DNA of 64,000 nucleotides, from contig JAHRHZ010000062.1 of NCBI GenBank assembly GCA_024137785.1, forward strand, positions 36,441,424 through 36,505,423. The letters are read 5' to 3'. Origin of the DNA: Ginglymostoma cirratum (lineage: Eukaryota). A program made the translations under genes and the position numbers. Shown piece after piece: positions 26,166 through 40,310 of the stretch. Below the pieces are notes generated by a model. The model was not told where the DNA came from. It did not search any database and was given only the letters and a program-made list of their open reading frames with translations. Each line of letters opens with the position of its first letter. Within the stretch, counting starts at the first letter, position 1.

Positions 26166-27079
26166 TCAATCCATGAGGCTCGAATGCATGCTGCAGATGA
26201 CCATTAATTAATAGTTGCAGGCAAGCAATGTGAGCGTTTTATTTCTTTGATTTTCTTACTGTTCCTGTGGGGAGAAGGCTTGATTTCTATTTTGGCACCT
26301 CCTGAAATCATTATATTTAAAATCAGAAACTTGGCATCTAACAGAATCACAAGCACCAGTTTATACTGCACCCCGTTGTGGCACAGGGCTGTCTTTTTGA
26401 AGTTCACCAAGGTTTAGCTTCGGCTTATCAAAATGTATAATACCAACTGCAAATGAGAATTAGCATAAATACAGTGTTTTACAATGGTCTGAATTTTGCG
26501 CAGTGCTGAAGCAAAGACACACTGGAGGTGCAATGATCTCCCTGGCTTTTTTTCTCTCTCACCCTATGCTTGATTCTTATGTTGTTTTCTGGGGAATCCC
26601 TGCATGCAGCTGCATCAAGATGTCATCAAGCTGTATAAACAGCCAAAGAATTCTCTCAATTAATGAAAAGCACTTCCATAAAATCACTGTTTTAAAAATT
26701 GACAAAAGCAAAATAAGGACTGGCATGTATGCATGGGGTGAAGCTACATAGTGAAACATCACAAAAATATTTTTAAAGAATTATTTACAAAGCTTGGTTT
26801 TAAACGACTTAAGTTAATCATAAGAGAGACATTTTGTATCACACCACAAATACAAAAATGCTTCTTCAGGGCCAGATCTATTTTTGGATTGGGAAATTCT
26901 CACCACATACACTTGGTTCGTTATTTGCTAGCTTTGCACGTGAGTCAGTGTCCACACATCAGCCTGTGGCAGAACAGTGAGTGACAAGCCACAACTTCAG
27001 CATTTCCAAATAATATGACAGATTTCTAAATCCTGAAGTTTGGGTCAGTTTGTGTGTGCTCCAGAACCTTGTGGAAAAA

Positions 27080-28560
27080 ATGGAGTGCCTTGGGAATCAG
27101 TGCTGAGGCCTCACGTATTTGCAATCTTGATCAATGCCTTGGATAACTGGACTGAATGTATGGCAGCTAAACTTGCCAAGAGGTAAGATAGGTATGAAAG
27201 TACATTGTAAAGAGGACATAAGGAGTCTAAAAATTACAGGAAGGATGTGGAAGCATTGGAAAAGGTGCAGAGGAGATTTACCAGGATGTTGCCTGGTCTG
27301 GAGCGAAGGTCTTATGAGGAAAGGCTGAGGGACTAGGGTCTGTTCTCATTGAACAGAAGAAGGCTAAGAGGGGAGTTAATAGAGACACACAAAATGATCA
27401 GAAGATTAGATAGGGTGGACAGTGAGAGTCTTTTTCCTAGGATGATGACGTCGGCTAGTACGAGGGGGCATAGCTGCAAATTGAGGGGTAATAGATTTAA
27501 GACAGATGTCAGAGGCAGGTTCTTTACTCAGAGAGTGGTAAGGGCGTGGAATGCCCTGCCTGCCAATGTAGTTAACTCAGCCACATTAGAGGCATTTAAA
27601 CAGTCCTTGGATAAGCATATGGATGATGATGGGATAGTGTAGGGGGTGGGCTTAGATTAGTTCACAGGTCGGCGCAACATCGAGGGCCGAAGGGCCTGTT
27701 CTGCGCTGTATTGTTCTATGTTCTATGTTCTATGTTCTAAAAATGTATACAAATAGGTAATGAGAGTGAGCAAAACTTTGGTAGATGGAGTGCAGTGCGG
27801 AAAAATGTGAACTTGTCAAGTTTGGCAGCAAGAATAATGAAGCAGCACATTAATTAAATGGGCAGATTTAAACACAGAACTCATCATGCAGAGGGATCTG
27901 GGTATCTCAGTACATACATCACAAAGTTATATGCAAGTACAGCATGTGATTAGGAAGACATACGTAACAGAGTCATAGAGGTCTACAGCACAGAAAAAGG
28001 CCCTTCAACTAATTGAGTCTGAAACAGTCAAAAACAACTTCCTAACTACTGTAATCCCATTTTCCAGCACTGGGCACATATCCATGTTAACCTTGACATC
28101 ACACGCATCTAAATATTTCTTAAAAGTCATGAGAGTTTCTGTCTCTATCGTCCTGACAGGCAATGTTGTTATTTATCGAAGGGTAATGGAATATAAAAGT
28201 AGGAATATTTTCCTAGTTGTACAGACCATTGGTGAGATCTCATCTGCAATACTATGTAGATTTGGACTCTTTATTTAAGAAAAGACATAATTTCATTAGA
28301 AGAAATTCAGAGAAAGTCTGCTCATCTGATTTCTTGGATGATGGAGAGCTCAGGTGGTTTTGGGGTGAGGGTGGAAGAAAGGTGAAGAGGAAAGGTTGGA
28401 CATGTATCCATTGAATTTAGAAGAGTGAGAAGCATTCTAATTGAAATATATAAAGTTCTTGGGGACACTCAAGGCACAATTACCATCGTGGGAGCATTTA
28501 GAATTAGGGGACAGAATTTAAAAATAAAATTATCTCCATTTAAGATGGAGTTGGAGATTT
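27080..28560 (+). mobile_element. Old CR1 RT remnant hosting nested younger insertions
   Basis: ggagtgccttgggaatcagtgctg (GVP.GSVL-like) and 'YRPLVRSHLQYYV'; interrupted at 27235-27740 and about 27968-28165. Confidence 0.7.
27235..27740 (+). mobile_element. Younger HER1/CR1 3' fragment with (GTTCTAT)n tail
   Basis: ORF 27349..27642 'RLRGELIETHKM..FFTQRVVRAWNALP'; tctaaaaat occurs at 27226-27234 and 27736-27744. Confidence 0.9.
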
Positions 28561-28629
28561 TGTTTTGCCTAGTCAGCAGCGTTATTAACCATATGTAAAA
28601 TTGAGTTGGATAGGTTCCTTACAGAATAC

Positions 28630-28975
28630 TGAGAGGCCTGGGTGGAGTGGAAATGGTGAAGATGCTTCCACCATTCGGAGAGACTAGAACCCAAGGGCAC
28701 AGCCTCAGTAAAGAGATGACCCTTTAGAACTGAGATGAGGAGGAATTTCTTCAGCCAAACGGTGGTTGATCTATGGAATGCATTACTGTGGAAGGCTGTG
28801 GAGGCCATGTCATTGCATGTACTTAAGGCAGAGATAGATATGTTCTTGATTAGTAAGGGGGTCAAGGGTTATGGTGAGAAGACAATGCAATGGAATTGGG
28901 AAACATATCAGCCATGATTGAATGGTGGAGAAGACTTGATGGGCTGAATGGCTTAATTCTGCGAATATACCTTAT
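28630..28975 (+). mobile_element. CR1 LINE 3' end
   Basis: ORF 28735..28917 'MRRNFFSQTVVDLWNAL'. Confidence 0.8.
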
Positions 28976-30709
28976 GATATCAATTAACAAGGAAGTGAAA
29001 AGATGTCATGGGCAGACAGGAAGACAAAGTTAAGGTCAAATCAGATCAGCCGTGATCCTATTGAATGGAATGTTTTGTAGCAGCTGATATTAGTACCGGA
29101 TTAGTTAGATCTCACATTGAAACCTGGTTTGATAGACACTACCCCTTCTCTAAACTGCAGAGGTCAGTTACATTCAGAAGAGTCTGCAAGTGCATTTTTA
29201 CCACAAAGAATTAAACATTTATTAGACAGGTAAAAACACGAACTACATTAAATGAGATGAAAAGGTTGGAAAGTTTCATAACAAACACCAGAAAAGTAAT
29301 GGCACTCACTATTCTTTTTAGCGCAGCAATATTTTTACAAATGTCAAATCCCACCAAAGGCTTACTACTATCTCCACTCTAAAGCTTCTTGCTCAGGCTG
29401 GCACAGCTGCAGCCTGTTTCCTTCTGGCAAACTCCTGCACATTCATTTAGTGTTTTTCTTCGGCTGGGATCTTCCTGGAGCAACTAAAACATAGTGCAAA
29501 CCGAACTCACTATTACTTTAACTTCAGAGTCAAAACGTGAATTCCCTAAACTCAGTTTTCAGCAGTATTGAAGATTTCTTACCGAAACTCTCCTGTTTTC
29601 ACTCTCTGGTACACCCACACACTGATTTATGTTGTGATTTTCTGTTTGTGCCCCCTCCCAGACACCAGTTACTACATAAGAGCACAATCTTTTCTACCTT
29701 TTTTTTATTACACTAAACCACCAAGCTTCATCCCTTCAGTCATGGTGATAAAACTTTACTAAACGTCTGTGTATACAGGTAGATTTCCTGACCTCCTGGC
29801 ACCCAAGTCTGCAAAAGCAACTCTATAATGAACCTAGGGCTAAGCAATAATTGCTGGCTTAGCCAGTAATGCTCACATCTTGTGAATGAATGAAGAAAAA
29901 GTACCACCGAAGAGACCCATAACTGGGTTTACTACCATGACCTGGGAACTGTCTCAAAGTATTTTAAGGAATTAATGCAGCTTTACATTTTATTTGTTTG
30001 TTTTCCCATCATTTTTTGTAAGTTTTTTTCTGCTCAATGGGATTAATGCCTAAGAACTAGTTCTATATAAAATATAGAAGCCATTTCTGCATTCAAATTT
30101 AAATTGTTTTGATGAAAACAATTATAGTATAAAACTATTTACTTTTTCTACATAATTTCATTTTTGTATGAGTGGAAAAATGTATTATTACATTTGACCG
30201 TAAAACCATATAAATTTTATATGCCAATATCCTAACCACATATTATGTACTGCACATCACCACCTAGTGGAAACAAAGTTCATAAAGCAACCATCTGAAG
30301 AAATAGTTACCTGAAATCTTTGTGATAGAGACATGCAATTGACTGCATTTCACTACAGACTTGTAATAAACAATATGTAACAGACAATTCACTAAAATAC
30401 TCTCAGGGCTTCCAGCAAAATATAGTGGATAATTTTAACCCTACCGTTCTGGCAAAAACTGGGTGTGAAAGCAATTAATGTTGCTAAGCCTATTGTTAGA
30501 GTGACTGCTTGAAATTTTAACTTGTTTAGATTCTTTTAATTGTAAGAAAATTGGATTCAAAAATGATGATGGATTTTTATTGCAACTTTAAATCAATAGC
30601 CTACACACTAGCAAGAGTGAGTTTAGTAGAGAAAAGATTCAGGACCAAAACATTCCGAAAAGGTGTATTTTATAATGCTCCAGAAACTTCAATGGTCAGA
30701 TCATTTTTT

Positions 30710-32545
30710 TTTTTATTTATTCATTTGTGGGATGTGGTGATCGCTGGCTGGCCAGCATTTATTTCCCTTCCCTAGTTCCCCTTGAGAAGGTGGTGGTGAG
30801 CTGCCTCTTGAACCGCTACAGTCCACCTGCTGTGGGTTAACCTACAATTCCATGAGGGAGGGAATTCCAGGATTTTGACTCAGCAACAGATAAGGAGCGG
30901 TGATATATTTTCAAGTGAGGATAATGCGTAGTTTGTCGGAGAACTTGCAGGTGGTGGTGTTCCCATGTGTCTGCTGCCATTGTCCTTCTAGATGGGAGTA
31001 TTTGTGGGTTTGGAGGCTGCTGTTTGAAGATCCTTGGTGAATTTCTGCAGTGCACTTTGTAGACAGTATCGCTGCTACTGAGTGTTAGTGGTAGAGGGAA
31101 TGGATGGTGTAGATGTAGTGCCAATCAAGTGGGCTGCTTTGTCCTGGACAGTGTCAAGCTTCTTGAGTGTTGTTGGGGCTGCACTCAACCATGCCAATGG
31201 GGATTAATCCATCCGCTTCTGAGTTGTGCCTCATAGATGGTGGACAGGCTTTGGGGAGTCAGGAGATGAGTTACTCACTGCAGTATTCCTAGCCTCTGAC
31301 CTACTCTTGTAGCCACTGTGTTTATGTGGTGAGTCCAGTTGGCTTTCTGGCCGATGATAACCCTGAGGATGTTGAAAGAGGGGGGATTCAGTGACAGTAA
31401 CACCATTGAATGTCAAGGGGCAGTGGTTAGATTGTCTGCTATTCGTGATGGTCATAGCCTGGCATTTGGCATGAACATTATTTGCCACATGTCAGTCCAA
31501 GCCTGGATATTGTTCAGATCTTGTTGCATTTGAACATAGATTGCTTCAGTATCTACGGAGTCATGAATGATGCTGAACATTGTGCAATCATCGGCAAACA
31601 TCCCCACTTCTGACCTTATGATGGAGGGAAGATCATTGATGAAGCAGCTGAAGGTGGTTGGGCTGAGGACATTACCCTCAGGAACTCCTGCAGAGATATC
31701 CTGGAACTGAGACGACTGACCTCTAACAACCTCGACTATTTTCCTTTGTGTCACAACTATGTGTACGACTCCAACCAGCGGAGAGTTTGCCCCAGATACC
31801 AATTAATCCCAGTTTTCCTTGGGCTCCTTGATGTCACATTTGGTTGAAGGCAGCATTGATATCAAGAGCTGCCACTCTCACCTCACCTCTGGAATTCAGC
31901 TTTTTTATCCATGTTTGAACCAAGGCTGCAATGAGATCAAGAACTGAGTGGCCCTGGCAGAACTCAAATGAATAGGTTATTGCTGAGCAGGTGCTGCTTG
32001 ATAGCACCGTAGATGACACCTTCCATCACTTTACTGATGACCGAGAGCAGATGGATGGGGCAGTAATTGACTGCATTGGATTTGTCCTGCTTTTAGTGTA
32101 CAGGACAGACTTGGACGATTTTCCACATTGTCAGGTAGATGCCAGTGTTGTGACTGTACTGGAACAGCTTGTCTCGGGGAGTGGCAAGTTCTGGAGCACA
32201 AGTCTTCAGTACTATTGCCAGAATATTGTCAGAGCCCATAGCCTTTGCTGTATCCAGTGTCTCCAACTACACATTGGTATCACATGGAGTGAATTAAATT
32301 GGCTGAAAATTGGCATCTTGATGCAGGGGACCACTGGAGGAGGCCGAGATGGATCAACCACTAGGTACTTCTGGCTGAAAATTGCTACAAATGCTTTAGC
32401 CGTATCTTTTGCATTGATATGTTGGGCTCATCCATCATTGAGGATGGGGATATTTGTGGATCCTTCTCTTCTAGTGAGTTGTTTAATTGCCCGTCACCAT
32501 TCGTGACTGGATGTGGCAGGACTGTAGAGTTTAGATCTGATCTGT
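30710..32545 (-). mobile_element. Degenerate CR1/L2-group LINE (RT plus 3' UTR)
   Basis: 'VAALDINAAFNQM' and 'AGVPEGNVLSPTTFSCFINDLP..GMFADDCTMF'; 3' end shared with 49595-49800 and the SINE at 53348. Confidence 0.85.
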
Positions 32546-32845
32546 TAATTCTTAATTTCTGCACAGTCAATTAGACTTGTATAGGGGATAATTCAAAAGG
32601 CTAGCAACATTTGATATTATGTGAGAAGAGAGCTGACTGGTTTGCAAGTGGACTCTGATTAGAGGCATGCCCATTGAAGAATGCACCAACTATGTGTTGA
32701 CTGACCGTTAACTACCAAGATTTGTTCAAAGTTGTACCAGGTATTTTGGCACTGACTGTTCAGAGTATTGTTCTGAGAAATGAATCAGGGAAAACGTTTA
32801 CCTATTTTAAATAGAAAGAGGCACACATATATACATGAGAGATAA

Positions 32846-32963
32846 AAGGTACTGCAGATGCTGGAGAATCCAAGATAACAAGCATGGGGCTGGATGAACA
32901 CAGCAGGTCAAGCAGCATCATAGGAGCAGGAAAACTTGACGTTTCGGGCCCGAAACGGGCCCG
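32846..32963 (-). mobile_element. Truncated Penelope-derived module ending in a small palindrome
   Basis: Same family as 3175-3397; ends cgtttcgggcccgaaacg followed by ggcccga. Confidence 0.7.
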
Positions 32964-33559
32964 ATATCTACACATATATACATGTTCTTTCTTTGTACAA
33001 AAAACAGGATTTTGTAAATTAATTGATGTTGTGCAATACTCAAAATCTGTACCATCAAATGACAATAACAATATTCTTTTAAAATTTCACACATGATGTC
33101 AATGACTAGTAAATTAAATATTATATGAGAAGTATTTGTGTACTTATTCCCCGTCAAATAAGTAAGGTGATAAGTAAAGAAACTTTCCCAATACATTGTA
33201 GTACTTAATTAAAAAAAGTCACAATTATTGGAACTTGTTCAAATGAACAATTTGCTAAATAAACTGAAGTGAAACATATTCTTCTATTTAATAAGGTAGA
33301 GAATTAGCAGAATTAGCATTAAAAAGCTAATATTTTAAACAATATGCTCACACCTGGAAAATTTAGGGATGAATTCTCCAAGGAGACTTAATGTCCTAGC
33401 AGCCCTGGGACTGAAAATGGAAGGCACACCCCCTCTAGCAGGTGGCATGAATGTGGGATGGCATTTTGACACACTTCGTCTGAAATGCCTCCAACATCTA
33501 TTGCATCTCCCCCAAAAATCTTCCTCTGTCAATTCCTCAAAAATTTCCAGTAAGTTAAT

Positions 33560-36150
33560 AGTAAGACACGACCTTTCCTAATAAAACCTCACTGACTATT
33601 CCCAAATAACCTATGCTTTTATGATAGTTAAGCCTACCTCGCAGTCTTGATTCTAGTAATTTACCCTGCACTAAAGTCAGACTGACTGCCAATAATTATT
33701 TGTTCTATCCATTGCACCATTTTTGAATGATGGTACAACATTAACAGACCACTAGATGTCTGGTACTTTGCTTGCATCTAGTGAAGATTGGAAAATGATC
33801 CACAGAGCATCTGCTGTTTCCTCCCTGGCTTCTTCTTACAGCCCAGGATTTATCTGCCTTCAAGGAGTTCAGTTCCTCCAATCATTAGCCCCTCCCATGA
33901 GTTCCTCCCATCTCATTATGCTTATTTAATCCAATACTTCACACTCCCTCTCTTTAACTAGAATATCTGCCTCTCCATTAAGAAGTCGGAAACAAAATGC
34001 AGATTAAGAACACTGCCTTCATCTACTGTTTCCACACACAGGTTACTATGTGAATCTCTGATAGGTCCTATACTTCCCTCAGTCATCCTCTTGCTCTTGG
34101 CATTCTGACAAAACATCTTTGAATTTTCCTTAAATTAACCAGCTAATGTTTTGTTTTGTATCCTCTCTTTGCTTTTTTGACTTCATTTTACCCCTGTAAT
34201 TTCTTTACCCCTTTAAGTTTTTTAAAGTATTACTTTATATGAGATTGTCGTTAACTCTATTTTACTGCTTTCTCCCACCATGAATCCTCTGCATAATCGA
34301 TTCCAGATTTGGCAATACCACTCTCTTTCTTTGTGGGAGCATGCCTGCACTGTACCTGCAGAATCTCACTTAAATGCTTCCACTGGTTAGCACTGACTTT
34401 CATTCATGTATTTGTAACCAGTTCAATCTTTGCCAATCATCTCTCAGCTTTGCAATATTTGCATTCTCCCAATTTAGAACTTTTATGCCTGTTTTATGTT
34501 TCTGTGATGATGCTGAATCAAACTGTTTTTTGATTGCTCTCTCCAAAATGACCAACTACTGCTTCTTCATCAACCTGCCCAGTTTCATTTCTTCAGACTA
34601 AATCTAGAATTGCACTTTCTGCCATTAGGCTTGTGGTGTACTGACTGAAAAAATTATCTTGAATTAAATTCAAGAATTATGTGCATTCTGTGCCTCTCAG
34701 ACTGTTTGTACACCAGTTAATATTTGGATAGTTGAAATCCTGAACTATTACTGCCATTTTTTCAATTGTATCAGAAATTTGTTGACACATTCGCTCTTCC
34801 AACTCTCTCCCAAGATTTATGGGCCTATACCATACATCTGTCAGCTTAGCTGCCCCATTTTTGTTCCTGAGCTCAACCCATATGGTCTCATTTGATGTTT
34901 CTTTTTCAGTTCATCATCCCTCCTCATAGTTGTTGTTGATTCTGTGACCAATAATACTATGCCCTCACCTTGGATATCTCTTTTCTGCCTGAAAAATCCA
35001 TATTCAGTGATGTTGAGCTATATCCTTGCCTATCTTTAAGCTGCTGTGAGTCTATCTGTGCTCTCAGCTCATTGGCTGTATTTGCTAAACTCCTTGTGTT
35101 TACACACTTACCCTTTAATAAGCATATTTCCTATTCTTATTTTTTTCAACCACCACCTCCCTCTATTTTGCCAGGTGAAGTGCTAAATTTTTGCCTCTTG
35201 CCCCCTGTTCTGAATTTACCATCAGATTCCCAAACCCTCTGTCAAACTACAGTAAACCTAGCTCAACAGCACTATGAAATCTCCTTGCAAGAATACTTAT
35301 CCTGCTCCTGTTCAGGTGTCGAACATTGGCTTGTACAGCTCGCAGGTCCCACTTTCCCCAGAATGCATTGCAATACCCCAGAAATCTGATGCTTGCCCTC
35401 TTCCACTCGCCATGTGTTCTGTCACTCAAATCTTCTACTTCAATACTTACTAGCTCATGGGACCAGAAATACTCGCAAGTTACAGCTTTTGAGGTCCTGC
35501 CTTTCAATTTCCTATCCAGGTCCCTGAAATCTGCTTTAAGGACCTCATCCCCATTCATATCTAAGTCATTTGTGCCAAAGTGGACCATGATCTTTGGCTG
35601 GTCACCCTCCTCCAGAAGACTATCATGAAGCTGCTCTGTAACATCCTTTATCCTGGCACCAGGGAAACAACATCCCATCCTGGGAGTTATGTCAATGCTT
35701 GTTTGATCCCCAACCATAGAATCAACTATCATTATTGTTCTTCTTTCTTCCCTCCCTGTAGAAATGAATCACACACTATGTCATTCATCTGTCTCCAGCA
35801 ACGTTCTCCTGAGGAATTATCACGCTCACCAGTATCCAAAATGGAATATTGATTTGCAAGCAAATTAGACTCAAGGAACTCTTGCAATACTTGCATTGTA
35901 TTCGTACCCTGGCAGTCATCCATTCCCTCTATGCATGTATGCTTCTAACCTATGGTGTGGCCATCTCTCTCAATGTATTTTCCATGTAATCATGTGCCTT
36001 GCAGATGCATGGCAGTGACTTCAGCTGAAGCTCAAGTTCCCAAACCCAGAGCTCAAGCTTGTGTCGCTGGTTATGCTTCTTGCAGATGCGTTTGTGTGGC
36101 ACATAATTTGTATCCATCACTTCACACAAATTAATCTGCCAACCCATAAC
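33560..36150 (-). mobile_element. CR1 LINE 5' half, including ORF1 esterase (SGNH-like), degenerate
   Basis: ORF 35247..35732 'DSMV..CCFPGARIKDV..MVHFGTNDL' matches the CR1 ORF1 esterase; a Cys-containing N-terminal ORF lies at 35950..36147. Confidence 0.8.
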
Positions 36151-36469
36151 TATTTATTACCATTAAAATAGCACAATGACTTACAAGTGTTCACCGATCA
36201 GCTTCTTTCCCTGCAGTGAATGAAGTAAGCGCCAGTTACAGCATAGTATAAACAGGACAAGAAGAGATGTGCATCCCCCTCACCTCAGCCCCATTCCCTC
36301 TAATACAGTTGACTTTCATTCTGTACTCTGTCCAAACAATACAGCACTCAATGCAGACAAGGCAGGACTATGGATCTTCTGAAAAGAACTGACTTATGGT
36401 TTAAAACATTGGGTTAAGCCAGCCACTAATTAACTAACTACAGTTTTCTTCTGAACTTATATACCCCCA

Positions 36470-37465
36470 AGGGTGTTCCAAAGGGATCAGTAGCAGGTTC
36501 AATTTTGTTTGTAATTTATATAAAATATTTGGGGAGAATTTAGGACTCATGGTTAGTAAGTTTGTGGATGACACCAAAATTGATGGTATAGTTGATGGTG
36601 AAGAAGGTTATCTAAAATTACAAAGAGATCTTGATCGATTGGGTCAATAGGCTGAGGAGTGGCAGATGGAGTTTAATTTGGATAAATGCAAAGTATTGCA
36701 TTTTGGCAAAAACAAACAAGGACAGAACTTATACATTTAATGGTAGGGCCCTAAGTAACGTTGTAGAACAGAGAGACCTAGGGTTTCAGATATATAATTC
36801 TCTTTAAGTTTGTGTCACTTGTAGAGAGGGTGGTTAAGATGGCATTTAGCTGGTTGCCTTCATTGCTCAGACCTTAGAGTACAGGAGTTGGGTTGTCATG
36901 TTGAGGTTTTACAGGACAATGGTCAATCCTCTTCTGAGGTACTGTGAGCAGTTTTGGTCACCATGCTATTAAATTGGAGAGGGTTCAGAAAAGATTTACC
37001 AGGATGTTACCAGGAATGGAAGGTTTGAGTTGTAAGGATGGACTGGATAGGTTGAAATCTTTTTCCACTGGAGCTTGGAAGGTCGAGGGATGATTTTATA
37101 GAGATTTATAAAATCATGAGAGGCATAGTTAAGATGAATAACAAGAGTCTTTTCTCTGGGATAGGGAAGATCAAAGCTAGAGAGCATATTTTTAAAGTGA
37201 GAGGAGAAAGATTTATAAAGGTCATGAGGGCTTCTTTTTTCACACAGAAAATGGTTCCTATGTGGAATGAACTTCCAGAGGAAGTGATGGATGCAGGTAC
37301 AGTTACAACATTTAAAAGACATTTGGATAAGTACATGAATACGAAAGGTTTGGAGGGATATAGGACCAGCGCAGGCAAATAGGATTAGTTTGGTTTGGAA
37401 ACATGATTGGCATGAACTAGTTGGATGAACGGGTCTGTTTTGATGCTGCATGACTTTATGACCCT
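36470..37465 (+). mobile_element. CR1 LINE 3' part (RT to tail)
   Basis: ggtgttccaaagggatcagta, aagtttgtggatgacaccaaa (KFVDDTK) and 'FFTQKMVPMWNELP'. Confidence 0.88.
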
Positions 37466-39599
37466 AATAAATCTTAAGTTGTATTAATTTAAAAAGTAAT
37501 GGTTAGTAAATTGCAAAGAAAAAGCTACTCTTTAGAACCAAATTACCTAAAGACTCTCGTACTCACAAGCTTGCAATACTGAGCTTTCTTACTACCGGCA
37601 AGATGTCAGAAAGTGGCACTTAGTGTCTCGGTTGGTGAATGAGCTGCCAGGATACTCACAACTGACAATATGCCTGAGAGCAGGAAGACATTGGTCCCTC
37701 CCTGACCCCATGTTGCCAAATCTCCCACTTGCTAGCAGATGGCCAAGAGCCAAGAAAATTCAGCTTATAATCTTTTGCAGCATTCGCCTTCTCAGGTTAC
37801 CTTTAGTTTTTATCTTCTGATTACACGTTCCCGGCCTGCTGTTGCCTTTTTATTGGCAGAGTTCATTGTTAAAACTAAAAGCCTTTTGAAAAGGATTTCA
37901 TAAGGAAGGAAATTAAAATGCACCTGGATATTTTTTGGGTTCATTGAACACTAATATTCTATTTTCTTCGACCATGACAATCTTAATATGTTATTAAAAT
38001 TAATTGACAAAGAATTGCTGGAAATGTATAGCAGATCTGTTCACATCTTTGAAGGGAGAATAGGTTAACAGGTGTAACACGAGGGAAAAAGAGGCAACAC
38101 AAAGCCTAGGCCTTGAATTATTATATAAAACAAGTAACTGAATTTTACACATTGACTTTAAATATACTAGCAAAACAGTGTTTTTTACATTATATGCATC
38201 TCCTGCCATAAATATAAGCTTTAGGTAAAACTTTAGGAAATGCTGCCTTAAACATTTGTTTGATGGAAATTATACTGAAATTTGAATCCATCTGAATTGA
38301 TTCTAATGTTAAATAAACAACATTTGTTCTGTTATTGGCTTAGTTGATAGGAAACCAAAACTACTTTATAACATACATAGAATTTATCAGGCAACATGAA
38401 ACTACAATCCATTTTACCAAAAAGTTGAAGGAGCATGGTATTATATGCAATGATGAATAACCGATTGGTTTGGAAGTCTACTTTATGGTATCAACCACAA
38501 TGTGTTAGACATTGTTGTAAGAGAAAGTTTTACACTGTCCTATGCTTTATCAGGTTATCAATTGCAATATAATCCACAAATAGGTTGCAACATTCCAAGA
38601 CTTTTATCTTATTAGGATGATGTTCATGCTGAGAATAGAACATTTAAACATTAAACATACTTTTGAAAATGAAACTTGCAACAGTCATGTTATAATAAAT
38701 GTGGTTGATATTAATTGATATTAATCAGCTAGAAATACAAGACAGCCTTGTATTAATGAAATTAACACTCCTGTCAGTTGTGAGGTAATATGACAGATGT
38801 AAAAAGAATGGGAAATGAAGAAAGAAATCTCTGCAGCACTGGAGAAAATATAATGCGGGAAATGACTGTATAACTAAGTATGTGGACTCTGCAATACAGG
38901 TGTCAGTCTATAACAGAAATAACTTGCCTCCCCTTTCCCCCAAACCCCATGATCACCGCTCTCCCAATAAGCCTTTTCCTACTTCAGTTTCTTTTATATT
39001 CTTGTATAGGATGTTGGTTTTACTTTGAAAACTAACATTTACTATCTATCCTTATGATGTCCCTGGAGAACAACAAACCAAGAGAACCAAATTTATCCGA
39101 GCAAGAAAATCAACACACAAAATTGCACTTCAGATAACTTTTACTCTAACGATTGAACCAAAATCAACATGAATCAACGGGCAAGCTTTGGTCAATATAG
39201 ATTATAAATTACACATTAAATAGCAGATACAAGAAAGAGAGATCTCATGGAATTACGTTGCAATCCACCGAGCATATAATTTCAGCCACAACATTCTTCA
39301 AAACTATGAATTTTCTCAAGTAGAATTCTAGCTCCTTTTCTTTGAATATTTAGTTACTGGTCCTCATCCAACAGCAGCTCCCAAAGAACCCAAATCCCAC
39401 AAACACAGTCTTAACCACAATGGCTTACTTTGCCAGTGTGTTCTCAGCTCAGTTCACAACAGTCTTAATAGTAGAGAACAACCAGAAAATCCTTATCCTC
39501 CTTAACAAATTTGTGTACTTTTTGGCCAGTGCTAATTAATTAGTTTCTTTAAAATAACTAAAGCACCGGTGGACCTTCTAGCCTTTCAGGAGGGTGGTG

Positions 39600-40310
39600 G
39601 TATCTTGGCCTTTATTGTAAGAGGATTTGAGTACAGCAGTAGCAACATCTTGCTTCAATTGTGTAAAACTTCAATTAAATCACACCTGGAATTACTGTGT
39701 GTAGCTTTGGTCCCCTTACATTATAGGAAGGCTATCGTTGCCTGAGAGCAAGTATGGTGAGGAAGTACTAGACTGAAAAGAAGAAATTCTAGAGATCACA
39801 GCTGGTCAGGCAGCATCCATGGAGAGAGAGCAAGCTCACGTTTTTAGTCTAGTTGACTCTTCATCAGAGCTGATGTGAAGTGTGAAGTACTAGCCTTGTG
39901 CCCAGGACGGCAGGATAGTCACATCAAGAGGCATTGTGGAAACTGGTCTGTGTTCTCTGGAGTTTTGAAAAATGAGAGGTGATCTGAATGAAACCCGCAA
40001 AATACTTAATGGTTAGACAGGATAAATGCAGATAAAATGCTTCTCCTGTTTTTTGAAATCTAGAACCAGGAGACACAATATCAAATTAAGAGGCAAACCA
40101 CTTAGGATTGAGATGTAGAGAAAGATTTTACTTAGAGTCATGAATCTTTGGAATTCTGTTCCTCGGACATCTGTGAAATCTTGGTCATTAAGAATGTGCG
40201 AGGTATAGATTGACAGATTTTTAAGTACCACAGACAATAAAGAGACGTGGGAAACAGTGTGGGAAAACAGCATTGAAGTAAATGATCAACCTACCTCTGC
40301 TCCTGTGTTC
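39600..40310 (+). mobile_element. Degenerate CR1 3' fragment
   Basis: aatgagaggtgatctgaatgaaacc (MRGDL.E) and gaatctttggaattct. Confidence 0.7.
39772..39883 (-). mobile_element. 112-bp Penelope-derived insertion with 10-bp target-site duplication
   Basis: gaagtactag at 39762-39771 and 39884-39893; the - strand reads agctCTGATGAagagtcaactagactaaAAACGTgagct. Confidence 0.8.

Noticed and set aside
31991-32506. 171-aa + strand ORF
   Set aside because: Antisense to a degenerate LINE ORF2.
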